A stretch of 64,000 nucleotides of DNA from Raillietiella orientalis (lineage: Eukaryota). The notes beneath the pieces were generated by a model. The model ran no database searches, was not told the origin of the DNA, and saw only the letters and a program-made list of their open reading frames with translations. This document shows, piece by piece, positions 11,540 to 24,364 of this stretch. Location of the stretch: NCBI GenBank assembly GCA_036172245.1, contig JAYWIR010000030.1:1860001-1924000 (forward strand), read 5' to 3'. Each line of letters opens with the position of its first letter. The stretch's first letter is position 1. The position numbers were made by a program, and so were the translations under genes.

Positions 11540-14500
11540 GTGCAAATTTTTTATGGTTTTTCTAATGGACCCCTCGTCCGGGATGTCAGCCTGTGTGGGA
11601 CCCCGAATCGAACGCAGAATTTGCGTGCGGATACTATCTGCAGAGGTCCGGATGAGCGTCGGCGAAGAGGAAACTCAGGGAGCAGTCTTGGATTTCATCT
11701 CAGCTTTCTTCGTCTTCACACCGAGAACTGGCTGCAGCGTCTTCCCGATCTGACGGTCAAACAAGGTCAAATGAATGCACAAGATGCTCCCTCACTTTCT
11801 CTCATCGCGAGACCGTGCAGGAGACCATATTGACAATGATGGTAAGCAAAGGGGGTGCTCAGGAAGCGCAGCTGGTGGCCTTCCGGATCTCTAGGTGTAG
11901 AACCCTTCGCGTCATGGGGAATCACGCGAACCACCCTCGAAGACCACGCCCTCACGTCATCTTTATCAGGAGAACAAATGGTGGGTGAGAGGACTTTCTC
12001 GGGAAGCTCAGAGGAAAAATTCCCGATCGCCATCCTTCCTCTTCCCTACCAGCACGTGGCCATCTTGCCAGCAAAGCCCAAGGGACGCGCGCGGTCGCGT
12101 GGGCGATCTCGCGTGCAGCAGAGACTGATCCACTGCAAATTCCGATGATCCACGAGCTACTGCACTTCGAGAGTGTCAGTTGTCCACTCCTCCCAGCCTC
12201 GTTTTCCGCCACCCACGAGAGCAGCGGAAGCAGCGGAAAGAGGGCACGTCCGTCCTGCAGAGAAGTCCCTCGTCGTGCTCGGAAACGGCCCGTGCCGGAA
12301 GGATGCCTGAGGCAGTCGCGAGCCACTTAGGTGTCGGTCGGTCCGGCGCGGTGCAGCTCCCAGGAATCAGGATGACCTCAGCGCGAGTCCGGTCCGCAGC
12401 ATTTCCGTTGGTTCATCTGCTGGGTGCAGGTCCTCCCCATCCCTCGTAATAGCGTCCCCGGTGTGTCTCGGACCCCTTGGATAGGACATGCCCGACCCTT
12501 CCATTTGGGAGTTCGACCGGTTCGCTTTTTTATTCGAGGAAGTGACCCGGCACGTAGGGGTGGGGAAGGTCTCTGTTGACGGTGGATGCGTCGATCCGTT
12601 TGCAGGAATGCCAGTCTTCGGAAGCTGACCTCACTTCAGATGGCCAAAGCACGAGAAGCATTCGATGAGCAGTGGCTGCTGCTGGGAGCGGAGAGAAGAT
12701 TCATCTGTACGCCCGTAAATCGGAAATTTGTAGCTTCAGGGCCCGTGGAAAGGCTGCTCACTGATCCTGCCTCCTTCTGGAGGATTCTTCCGAAAATTGC
12801 TCGTTCTGGAGGAGGAGGAGGTGAGTTCGCTTCAGTGAAGGGTGGGGAATCTCTTTCCTCAAATTCGGGATGGCTGGAGGGAATGGCTTGTGCAAGAACT
12901 GCTGGACCCACTTCTTTCACTGTAAAACTTTCTGGCTGAGCGAAAAAAAGCCGGTTGGGTAGAAAGAATGCTACATCCTTTAGCCCTAAAACGGAGGGGG
13001 TTTTCTTGTAGAGGTGATGATACTTGTATACAGTGGGGAATGGCTCGACCACCTCCGCGAGCCCAAGGACAATCGTCTAGTGCTTCTAGACGACAGGAGT
13101 AATGTCACAACCGTCTTCTCTCGAGTATGACTGAGGCCGTCGTTCCGTATCCCTGGCAACCGCAACGAGCCGGTGCCGAGCGGCGATTAGCGAACGAATC
13201 TTTGGAGCGTGCAAGGTTTGCTTCCGGATCAGCCTCCCTTTATTTGGCCTGAAAACAGACACAAATTGAGGAGCAATATTAATTCGCTTGCCACATGGGG
13301 GCGAAAGGGAAGCAGGCGCAGGAACCGGGTTTGTTCTTGCTGAGGGTCATCTTCGGAGATTTCTCCGGAAGAGTAGCAGCGACGGGTGGCCTCATGTTCG
13401 ATCTCCATTGTTGTGGAAGGGGAGAAAAAGGGGGTCCGAGAGACCTTAAGCAGTCGGGAAGGCAAGGGATGGGATGACAGGAGAAGGTGAGTGCCCACGA
13501 AACCCAGTCTTCGGTTCGGGTGGTCTCGTCCGCGATTCCTGAAGCTTCAGTCGTCGTCAAATTCCGGCTCCCGGAATGCAGGACCTTTCCTGGTGCACCC
13601 ACCTCTTGCGTGATGCCATCTTTAACAAATCTGCTTGACAAGATTCGCTAGGATCGTCCTCCAGAATGGCTGGCTCCACCCTCCCGCTTGCTTAATTTCT
13701 TCCGGAATCGAGAGGCGCAGGTTGGACCAAGAAGGAAAGGTGAGTGCTAGGTGAAGCCCCTGCATCTGGCATCGTTTCCTAGGGCCCTCTCAGGGAGCTC
13801 TAGGGGAAAAGGTGGATGAGTGGGAGGATCATGCCACGAAATCGAACACGCAGCGCCCAACTTGAACACCTTGGCAATGGTCTCCTCGCTGTCGGGCGGT
13901 CGCGGTTGCACACTGACTTCCAAGTTTCGTCAGGTGTCCCCTTTCGTTCACACCGAAGACGCACTGGCCTCTATCCTGGAAAATATGCTATTCCTTAGCT
14001 TCACGGATCAATGCAAATGGAGACAGGAGGTGCCTGACATCCGACCGGATGCTGGATGTGGATCTGCAAGATCTAAAGTCCTGTTGGAAGGCTCGTTCTC
14101 CGTGAGCAGAAGGAGGGAAGCTCGAAATGCTCCCTGGAAACCACCACGCTCAGGGCTGCTCTTCCTCAGAAAAGGAAGACTCGACAGGAAGGTAAAACGG
14201 GCATTTCTGCCACACCATCTTGGGGACGACGAGGACTTGGCGGTGGGCGTCCGCCGAGGTCAGCTGCCTGGCGGTTTGTTCTAACTAAGGAACTACTCCA
14301 GCAACTCTCCTCGACAGCCCCTTCCCTGTGGATGGAGAGCTCCGTGCTCACTCTCAGAGGTCATGGTGCTGTTCCTGCGCTGGACCATCCGAGAAGATGG
14401 AATCTCTCTTTCGCATACTCCTGGGTTGAAGCGCAGTTCTCTCCCCCTCCCTCCCTCTTCCTGGAGTATGAGTTCTTCTCGGAAGCTCTAGCGTTCCTGT

Positions 14501-14760
14501 GACCGACATGCGAAGAAGATTGACCGTTCCGGATGGCTCGACCACAGCCACATTGCGCGCACGTCAGCAATGCCGTGACTGCAGCCGGACGGAGGAAGGC
14601 GGAATCCTGGGGGCAGTCTTCTTGAAGAATTCCTGCTGCTACGGAAAGGACGCTAAAGTGCTCCATCATCCGAATTCTTATCTAGGGAGCCCAGGAGTCA
14701 ATCGCCCGCATCGCGCGCAAACTCGCTGGGGGATGAACCGAAATCCTCCCGGGACTCCTT
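11540..14760 (+). mobile_element. Degenerate RLE non-LTR RT fragment(s), interrupted by the 655-bp inverted copy
   Basis: Pre-RT-like RRICVRILSAE...DF and ENWLQRLP before 11901. After 12556, RWMRRSVCRNASLRKL...MAK...LLLGAERRF resembles RT domains 2-3. Further RT-like remnants continue to ~14760 and may be two pieces. Confidence 0.5.
11902..12556. repeat. 655-bp inverted duplication, right arm (partner 6882-7536)
   Basis: Direct sequence comparison; only a few substitutions seen. Confidence 0.97.
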
Positions 14761-17700
14761 CATCCCTCACGCACACGAAACGGTTTTTTTTTATTGATTT
14801 TGCATGCCGCTTTTCCTTCTCTGCCTCGCCGACCCATTCTCTTGGACACGTGACTGCGGGAAGATGCTGGTCTGATCCGTACATTGTGGGAGGCGACTTC
14901 CCTAGCAGTTTCCTTGTTCATCTATCTATGACTATCCATCTAGCTGGCGCAGCACCATGAGCAAAGTCACCAGTTTCCTGCAAGCAAATGCATGTAGGCA
15001 GGTACGGATGGATGAAGATGTAGATAGTTCAATGGACAGATGTATGGGAAAGGAAGATGGAGATGCAGGAGTAGACACAGACGTTCGTCATGCAGATCTT
15101 TGTAAGCTGACCTTGCTTTAAATGGCCAAAGCATGAGAAAGACACTGCAGACCGCGAATTTCTCGTAACGAGCAGCTGCTGTGTTACTTAAGAACAACGA
15201 AGAAAGTGTTCTGCCGCTTTCAGCCTCTTCCGGCAAGTGCGCGCAAAGAGCCCTCGGACCAAAGCGAGAAGGCGAGTCGTCGCCCCGACGGCCGCCATCT
15301 TCCGCGTCCCCCACCCCCCGCCTTCTCGGCCGACCTGCTGATTGCTTCCTCGGGATCAGGGCACGTATCAGCATGGAGTGAACGATGGGACGTGCTGCGC
15401 TGCTTGCAAGGGACATACTGGAAAGAGAAGGGCGCGGCCTTACGCCGCTTCCCAGAATTGTGGGAGGCGCCTCTGCAAGAGCAAAGTCCGCATCCTCCAC
15501 ATCTCGCGCCGTGCATGAGAGGCGCGCGGGAGGGACACATGCCGATGGTCAGACAGGAAAGCGCGCTTGCCTAGAGGTATAGGAGGAGGACAGAAGTGCC
15601 ATTTTCACTCCTACTCAACAGCCAAGTTGTCTAAGGAAGCACCGCTGAGACGAATGCGTTTCCACGTGCACCGAGGTGTGGAGGATGCGTAACAGCTCGT
15701 CTCCCCTCGAGAAGATACTCTTCTGAGATGAACGTAATGAATTTAAGTTACGTGTGCAGATGTGAGCACGTACTATCGCACGTAAATAATTCAGCTCAGA
15801 ACGCTTTGTGGCTGCTGAATCCAGGCGTCTTGAGCGGGAGCGACGTTGCGTCCGCACGGAATGGAGTGTCATCGTCGACGTGCGTCAGCCGCATATTCTG
15901 TCTGCGTATTTTCACGAAGCAAGGAATGGGAAAAAGATGTTTCGCTTACCTGGGACTTTTCTCGAAAAAAAAAAAATGCGGATTCTTTCAGAGAAGCGGA
16001 AGCTCCTCCGAAATAAAACCCGCTCTCTTGTCACGCGAGCGGAGGAAATTCGCTTTCCAGCTCAACTCTCAGTCTTTCGTCGCCAACGACAAATGTCCCT
16101 GGATGGCTCCAAGGAAACACCTGGACGCAAAACTATGACACAGCGTCGAATTAGTGCTCGCATTCGGCATAAACATCCAATTATCAGAGCCTCAAATCGA
16201 ACATGCTGCCGCTTCTTGCTTAGTGGAAGCCTCGATGCCTTCAGTTAACATGCATTTCGTTTTAGGCAACACGCTGAAGAGCTCGAACTCTCTCCGAATT
16301 ATTCCTGGTACATCGGACTGCGCTTTGGCGTAACTAAAAGCTGCTAATCTCAAGAGCATTGACTGAGCAAGAAATGAGAAACAGGAGCGGAAGAGCGGCG
16401 TTAGGAACGCGCGGCTTGATCATGGCGGCAAGCAGCAAGTCATCATGCAACCGAATCCTGATTTCGTCGTCATCGGCACAACCGGTCTTGTTTCAGGCGG
16501 GTCCGCATAAGTCTGCGCTCCGTTTCGAACCCACTTCCTTGAGGCGCACGCTGGCTTCTCCACTCTTCACGCGCCACGTACATTGTTGCGTATGACGGAC
16601 GGTCTCATCCACAGTGGTGAACTTTCACTTTCGGCGCACCGCTTGCTGAGGCACATGTCGCTGCTGGTAGAGGCCTGCTGCCGCCTCTTCATCCGGATGA
16701 TGGCCTGGACAACGCGTCCAAGACATGCACGTGTCCCTATCCGATGCGGACCTTCCGGAATCGTGTTAAGTACCGTGCGACCTCTCCATCCCATTGCCTA
16801 TTCGTTTGTTCGTTCATTGGCCCTCTTCCAGACCACCACGCTCCCCCCTAGTTATATCCTTAGTGAGCGTCCCTCGTCTTTATATAAATCGAAGTGAAAA
16901 ATTTGTATCGATTCATGTTAAATAGTTGGCTCGGCAATCCGGGGTGAGAAAGTTGGTTCCTCGGACGACGTGCGCACTCAGTGCGTGCCCCGTTCGCGCC
17001 GCACGTTGGGGCTCACCGTTCTGAGGGTGACTCGGGAGACCTCGAGTTCCCGTGCAAAGGGCTTGCATCATGGCATCTCCTGCCCATGGTGGGGTCGGTG
17101 CTTGCAACTTCCCGGTGGAGCAATGGAGAGCCACTCCAAGGCATCTGCTCCTCTCCATTCTGTCGTGACTCTTCGATTTTTCAAAGGGGCAGCAGATTTT
17201 CTAGGAGGCCATCTTGTTTTTTTTTCTCTGATACCAGTAAGGGCTCTTTCATTTCCTCTCTTTCCTCTTCAGACCACTGCTTTTGGTCGCCAAAGAACTT
17301 GGGCATTTCGAGAGGTCAGCTCTAAGAGCATGTGCAGGACGACGGCCATGCTCAGCCCTATGAAGTGCGCACAGTGCACAAAGTCGGGAGGATTCCTTGA
17401 ACGGGCGAAGAACGTGCCTCAAACCGACGTGCTGGGCTCCACCTTTCCATCTGTTCGACCCCAAGCCACTCGATTCCTGCCGACCTGAGGCGACGCGCCT
17501 CTATGAGTCCCTACGACACATTCGCTCATGCTGAAAATCTCTAGCAATCTGGCGCTACTCCTCAGCATGCTCACCACTACTTTAGTGTGCCTCTTGTGTT
17601 AGTACTTCTTTTTGCATCGCAAGGCATTTTGTTCATGGGCCCCCTGGCATCAGCCCTTTGGATCAGGATTATTCGAGTGCATTTGGAGGATGACGGAAAT

Positions 17701-17799
17701 CTTTCTGAGTTCTTTTTCTGTGTTTGCTGTTTCCCTTCCAGCATTGCTTTTTATTCGGGTTTCTATTTTTGGGGGTTCGCTTAAGAGCCGTCGCGCACC

Positions 17800-18385
17800 T
17801 GGCGGCTCACGCAGCTCTTTGAAACGGTTCTACGCTACCCGAAGGTGCGTGTAATTCCTCAAGATAGGGAGTAACTCGGGAAGGAACCGCCCTATCAATC
17901 CAGGAAGAGCACGGGGTCCGCTCCTCACACGCCTGGGGTGGGATCCCCGAAGGGAACCTCCACCCTGGTTGTCTCCGAAGGGGAACGCCGAAGGGAACCT
18001 CCTTCCTTATTCTCTCCGGAGGGACTCCCGGAGGAATCTGCTCCATTTTTCTTCTCCGAAGGGGAACCCGGAAAGGACCCGCTAGTAGGAATTTATTCTT
18101 CGGACCGAACCCGCAAGGGAAGAGCTCCCTGTCTTCTCCTCTGAGGAGAACCCCGAAGGGACACTTCCGAATTCAGAAAGGCGCTCCCCGAAGGGAACTG
18201 CACTCTTTCTCCTCCACTCTCTAGAGAGATGGCGACACACCTACTCCATGGTAAGACACGGAGGGTTCCCCCCGAAGAGGGGTTCTCTCCTTTCACAACT
18301 GGAAAAGAACTTCCCATTCCTTGATTCCTGGAACGAACCGGAGGTCGACTTCCATTGTTCCGGTCACTTATCAGGGGCATCCGGT
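17800..18385 (-). mobile_element. tRNA-headed SINE-like family, 5'-truncated copy (copy 3)
   Basis: Colinear with 20143-20660; eight ccgaag (reverse cUUCGg) motifs. Confidence 0.75.
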
Positions 18386-18449
18386 TTTAACCACTACAAG
18401 ATTGCCGCTTTGTACGTCGAGAGAGATTAAACCAATGGTTCTTAGTGCC

Positions 18450-19500
18450 AAAGGGAATTTTCCAGGACTTTTCAAATAATATAGATAGCCGTCCAAGAGC
18501 AACTCTTTAGCCGTATGCTGTGTCATTGTCCGTACAAACTTCTCGAGAGTACTACCTCCAGAGATGAATGTAAGGTACTATCCATGGAGTCAGTTCTTTG
18601 GTTCAAGAACAAGGCACTCATTGAGAAAAATCGGAAATTGCTGCTCTGTCTTTCACCTATGAAGTCATTGAGGATGCCATGTCCCCATACGAAGAAAAGA
18701 ACTTTGGTGAAGGTTCAAGGGACTATAAGGAGCAGCACATATGATATGCTCTTCCTTGACAATGGGGCACCAAACAACGTATTCATGGCAGGGGCTATCG
18801 TGATCAGGATCTCAGGTGCATGGGATCAAGTGAACATGATGCCTCGAGGTCATTTGAGCCTTGAAAGACTCCCGTTCGAATGTTGGCTGACCTCAATCTA
18901 GGAGCATTTGGTACCTTCAGGATATTTGCTGCGATCGCATGTCACTTCAGCTGATCTCGGATTCCTCCGACCCCTACAACCTCAGCGTGCTTACTGACGA
19001 GGGCGCCTTCTGTATGCGTTTACTCCATCCGGTTCATTAGCTGAAGTAGCAGTAGACTAACATGTAGCGCGAACTCATGGGTCCAGCATGTCTGATGACT
19101 CTCCTAAACGACAGCCAACTATTACCGGAAATTCAAGGAGACTGAATACAACCAATAGAAGCTCTGGACTCCTGTTTCGGGATCCCTGGAGCCGAACTAA
19201 TCTTTGAAATTTCTGTATCCATCTTAATCTGTATTCCATCTCTATCCATATTATCTGTTAAAGATGCTGGCACTTTTGGGCCAGCTCTTTCGTGGAGAAT
19301 CCACCTAGGAGTTTTTCCGCTCCAACGATGTTTCAGAACTCCCACACAGCCGGTAGGCCACTCTCATTGCTTTCCCATAGGGAAGACAGGGCTGTGGCCA
19401 AAGGTGTGGAGGATGCACGAGCCCACTTGATAGGTTCTTCGGCAATTCTCTGCAGGAGTATTCTGCCGAACCGCTGAACCGAAAGGAGATCTTCAGGGGT
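18450..19500 (-). mobile_element. Degenerate non-LTR RT fragment
   Basis: Minus-strand KAPSSVS (KAFDSVSH-like, ~19000) and IRTGVFQG (GVxQG, ~18860-18882) in the expected order. Confidence 0.55.
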
Positions 19501-20142
19501 GGTCTAATGAGCCAAGTGACGCGTCCAGACTAAAGCCATGCGAGAATACCTGCATTTTTATATTCTGTGTGTGTCACTTTGACCCACGTGTTCTTGAAAG
19601 CAGTCCAAATAAGCAGCTTCCAAGAACACAGTGAATAAAAATTTGCGCCGAGAGGTGTTCGAGGACGTTTTCTTTGACCTCAGCCTCCTTAGATAACCCA
19701 TTCGGTCTTCTACCAAGTACTTGAGCTGAGGATGAGTTTTTCGAAAGCCTCTGGAGCGATGCAGTCGACAGAAGAGGAGTTTTTATGTTCCAGAATCGTT
19801 TCCTTGTCTACAATCAACCAGAATGATCTCTTGTTGAAATTGTTTGCATTATGATTATGCTTCCGCCTCTGGTTTTCTGGTCATGAGAAAAACTCCGAAC
19901 CAAATACGTTGTGCTGACACCAAAGAGAGGTGTGTCTTTCAAACTGTCCTCAATTAGGGGTTCCTGAACGCAACAAAGTCCATGCACCAATAACAGCACC
20001 GGATCCAGGGTCACTGTAGCTGTGGTCATCTTGGTCCTCTTAAAAAGCGCGACATTACGTTCGTGTTGCTCCGTCCTCATCGTCGGAATCCTCTCTTTTC
20101 ACTGCTCCTTGTGTAGCCAAGTGTTGAAGGGCCTCTCGCCCT

Positions 20143-20830
20143 CTTAGGGAAGGCTCACTAAACTCTTTACGAACTGTCCACGCCACCCGAGGATGCGTGT
20201 AACTTCAGTTAGGAGTAACCCTAGAGCGACCAAGCATGAATCCAGGAAACCCGGAGGAGGGAATCCGTTTCCCTCATACTCCTGGGCGGGAACCTGGGAG
20301 GGGATCCGCGCCCTGGTTGTCTTCGGAGAAAACCTCTTCCTGATTCTTTCCGGAGGGACCCCCTGGTCTGTGGATTCCGCCCCATTTCTTCTCCTCCGCA
20401 GGAAACCGCCAAAAGGATCCCTTCCTGGTTTCCTCCTTCTCTGAAGAGAACCCCGAAGGGACGTTTCCAGATTTCTCTGATGGGCGCTCCCCGAAGGGAA
20501 CAGTGCGCTTCTTGAAGAGACAACTCCCGAAGGAAAGGACGTCTCTATTTTCAAAATTGGAGGGAAACCACGAAGAGAACCGAGTCCTTGATTACTGACA
20601 GAACCCCGAGGGATCAATTTGCAATCCCGGCCGATCAGCAAGGGCATCCAAGGGTTTCCGACTTCCACCAGTGCCTCACTCGAAGCCTACAGGCCAACCA
20701 GTGTCATTCTACGGGAGAAAATGGAAACCCATGACGCCCCCCCTTCTCTCAGTGTCGCTCCTCTACGTAGGGATTCGAATCCTAAACGCTTGGTACCACG
20801 AGTGGAGACTGTATCCACACCGCCGCCAGC
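20143..20830 (-). mobile_element. tRNA-headed SINE-like family, near full-length copy (copy 4)
   Basis: B-box-like GGATTCGAATCC at 20771-20782, hairpin-rich body, family 3' end gagtttagtgagcc. Confidence 0.75.
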
Positions 20831-20999
20831 GCGTCCATGTGCCTACGGGCCTTCCCCTTGTGTTGGACTCCAAGGTTCTCTGAGTTTGTAAGTCCAACTC
20901 CAAGGCCCTATTATGCGTCCAAGAATCGAAACTCCCTAAAGTTTAGCTTACTGGATTCTGTGATTGACCAGCGCCTAGGTCGGAGTTATGAGACTTGCA

Positions 21000-23250
21000 A
21001 AGCTCACGTGGTTGATCTCCTGTCCCTGAAAACCGGTCACAGTTGTTTCAGAATGGGTTGTTGCTGCATGGAGCCAACTTGTTGTCAGCCTTATTGAGCC
21101 ATACCAATGTTTCGAAGTTTCCACAGGATGCAGAGAAAGTCATCTGGCCCACGATCTTTCACTCGGTTGCAGCATCACTAAAAGATTGATTGATGGTGAT
21201 GAGCTGAGGCTCCTCCAAGATGAGGAACGCCATCACGCACCCGCAGTGAGGAGATCCAAGGAATGAGCACACTACGGAACCATGTGGACCACTTCAAGCT
21301 CACTTGCTCTCGGATGCGCATCTCAAAGGTTCTCCAGAACTCCGACGCCGCTTCCAGGTCCTGATAAGAAGAAAGCTCATCTCTTGGGCTTTCTATCTAA
21401 CGCCATCTTGCAGCACTGCGAGGAAACGATATCCCTTAGATGAAAAAAGGATGTTACCGACTTTCAAGAGAATTAGCTGCAACCGCAGTCGCTTACATGA
21501 GGAGTGCGGCTCAACATTGGCGTTCCAAATACCTTCGCATCCAGTGCTTCCTGCCGTCGGGCGTTCCTGTTCCGCGGTCGACAGGATATTCACTCCAGCA
21601 GCATCGGAATGGGGCGGTAACATTGACCCTAACTTCATTTTTGCTCGAGGCTGCGTGAGAGGGTCACAGCTAGTCCTCCACAGTTTATCGCATTCTTCAA
21701 AAGAACGAGCAGAAGGAGACACCAGTGATTGTCTCAGTGGCCCTCCATGGGGACCAACCAACCCCCGGAAGGTTCTTTGTGTCTGCATCTGTTCAATTAA
21801 GAGCAAGTTCAGATTTGCATCCAAGCTTGGGATAACCAAGTCCTTTAGTCACACCCTGGGTCTGGCGTAGCCTCACGGAACTCGCCGCATCAGACCGTCG
21901 AGTTGACGGCGTCCCCAAGAGTCATCAGGAGAAAGAGGAGCTCGACGGAGGTATTTCAACCCGTTGCCATCTCGGTTTTCTGTCTCGAAAGACCACGCTG
22001 AATATTCTTCAAGCAGGCATACCAAAACTGCCTTGTCAGAAACGGACCCATATATAACCCCTGTTCAGGGACCCTCTCCCACAGGAACGTGTGAATAAGG
22101 TGAATCTAGGTGAATCGGTGCTCATCCAGCGTCGGAACGAACTCCGCGTTTCTTGCCCGTCGGCCTGAATGTCTGAGTAGGGGAGAAACAGGAGCAGAAA
22201 GCCCAATACCAGGTCGTCACACCAGGAGTGCCATCGAGGTTGGACACGACATGGCCCAGAATGTGGCGGGACCTTATTCCGTATCATTTCAAAGAGCAGG
22301 CTGAAGAGCATCGAACTCTAGCTGTCTTTATGCTTGGAGTAAACAGGTCGCTGAGAAGGATGAACGCTTTGCTCCACAGCGAGTAAAGAGCGCAGAGCCA
22401 TTCAGTTCTCAGCGGCCATTCAAGCGGCTTGAGAGGGAACTTCTGATCAGCACAGCTGGGAACCCTTTGCAGTAAACTACTGCGGCCAACTCTCCCTCAA
22501 AGAGTCGATCGAGCTCTTAAGTCAGTCCATCTTAAAGCATCCGGAGCAGTTCCCAGTTTAAACCCTTCGGTAACGGCGATCATGCCGAAGGACTCGCTGG
22601 GACGACTGGATGTATGTGCTTGTTGGCCTCGCGGTGTCACCTGGCACCGTCTTTGTCGGAGCTCCTTGGAGAGCAGGTGAAAGCGGTGACCGTGCAGGAA
22701 GCAGCGCACGCGGTTTGGCAGCGGCGGAGTTCGGAGGGTCTGGAATGCCCGGAGGTCAGGTTTGCCTTCACCGTCAACGCGGCAACTCTGTGAGTCGCCT
22801 AACATTCGGCTGTCTTCCCGAAGTTCGAACATGGAGGAAGGCTTTCCTGCGCTCCTGCCCTTCGGCAATGCCTGCCGGGAGAAGAACGCCGGAGAGACGT
22901 CCGGAATATGCAATGAGATCCATTTGCTGGACACGAAAGAAAAATAAATAGGGTTACCGAAAAGAGATTGGCGGGACATGGACTGGCGCGAGACGAAGGG
23001 GCCCGTGAGGGAAGGAGAGAGGGAAGGTCTCCCACCGATCAAGCAGCCCGTCAGTTCTGCCTCCATGGAGACCACCCTTGCGCCCTGCTTGCAGCGTTGC
23101 CCCTTCGGCGCTCTGACTGAAGCGGCTGCTCTGCCCAGTGTCCAAGGCACCTGGTCGTCTGCAGCCCCGCCTGCCATACCGAAGCCAGAGATCGGGAGCC
23201 GACAGGGGGAAAAAGGAGACCTCCCTCCGGGTGCTCCCTGAGACCCTCCA
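21000..23250 (-). mobile_element. Degenerate RLE-type non-LTR element (N-terminal region, RT, thumb)
   Basis: GTAPDALRWTDLR (APGPDG-like, ~22515-22555), RVPEQGLYMGPFL (GVxQG..SP.LF-like, ~22037-22075), LGTP (YLG-like), VIPSLDANL (thumb-like). Confidence 0.55.
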
Positions 23251-23326
23251 TCTCAGCCGATCACATCGGGGAAGCCCCGATTCGGCAGCTGGAGAAGCAC
23301 CACTTTTTCAGGAAGCTCCTTGGCCC

Positions 23327-23514
23327 TTTCTCCGGGGACTTAGGATCGACTGAACCATGCTCAAAGGCTGTTCGCATGGAACCCTTCTCCACATCAGACC
23401 TCCAGGATCTCACTGAAGTATTTGCTACTACCACCAAGATCTGCGCCGACGGCGGCTTCAGGAGAGCTCGCGCCCAAACCCTTCTGCGCGCATCGTCGCG
23501 ACCCTCCTACTCGC
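23327..23514 (-). rRNA. Isolated 28S rRNA gene fragment (pseudogenic, ~190 bp)
   Basis: Reverse strand reads GAGTAGGAGGGTCGCG...GCAGATCTTGGTGGTAGTAGCAAATAC...GTGGAGAAGGGTTCCATGCGAACAG...GTCGATCCTAAG, the conserved eukaryotic LSU core just 5' of D7a. Flanks are not rDNA. Confidence 0.93.
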
Positions 23515-23519
23515 TGGAA

Positions 23520-23830
23520 CCTAGGGATGCCGCTGCGAGGACACCACCTTGAGAGGATTCCTCTCTGCACCAGGAAGAGAAATCAGTCGGAGGAAAGCTT
23601 CCCAGATGACCAATATGTGATAGTCCTGGGGTGTTTCTCTGCATGCCGCCAATACGGGAAAGGCGAGCGCTCCGGAGGGTGGAGAAATCCCGAGGAACAT
23701 CGTCCCTCTGTTCTCCTTCACCCAAGTCGCGCTGGTGGGGGAGGAAGCAGTCCCCATGTCTCTCCCTCCCTTTCCCACCCAGCACGCTTGACGCGTGCAG
23801 GGTGGGAAGATCTCCCTTCTGAATGATTGA
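23520..23830 (-). mobile_element. RLE endonuclease remnant
   Basis: ORF 23507-23785: DDVPRDF...SHIGHLGSFPP (DVxxP and VGxLGxW-like). Confidence 0.45.
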
Positions 23831-24364
23831 TGCTTCCGGGGGTCCTCAAGCTGGTTCCGTCGCGAGGGGCGTTGCCAAGGGCGACGCTCCTCGCGTGCGC
23901 CGTGAGGAGAGGAAGCCGAACGGCAGCAGACGCACGCAGGGAGAGCGAGGCGTGGGAGCAGCCTGGGGTCGTGGGAGGCGGTGCTCCTCCAGGGCGAAAC
24001 GACTCCAGCCCGGGGGGCGGGGGCTTCCTCCTAGCGGGATGGAAGAGGGCAAGAAGGATAGGCGGTTCGGAGACTTCCCTTCCTGCCCTTGCACTTTCAC
24101 TCCCAAGCCACGCTGCTTTGCGTTTCGCTCGTCGCTCCTCAATCGAGCCTCTTCCGCTGGACTTATCCTCGCCATCTGCGGTCGTCACTGCGGCGGTCGC
24201 GTCCCCTGCCGCTCTGAGTGGCTCTCCTGACGGAGTCTCTACCTGCCTCTCCATCCCAGGAGACCTCTCTGGTTCAGGCAGAGGCATCAGCCGCAGCCCA
24301 ATAACTTTTCTTCCCAGGCCGCTTTTCCGGATGAACTGATCTCCCTTCCCTCTTGAGACAGAGG

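Noticed and set aside
7537..11901. Staggered-break inversion explaining the 655-bp inverted repeat
   Set aside because: The left arm's RLE frame continues natively past 7536, and the right arm's flanks read as one plus-strand RT, so an insertion fits better.
15321..15331. CTTCTCGGCC match to the U2 5' end (also GCTTCTCGGC at ~33622)
   Set aside because: Only 10 nt, no extension, and not at an element boundary.
17800..18385. CRISPR array or bacterial REP cluster
   Set aside because: Hairpin units are irregular with no constant repeat-spacer period, there are no cas genes, and the context is eukaryotic.
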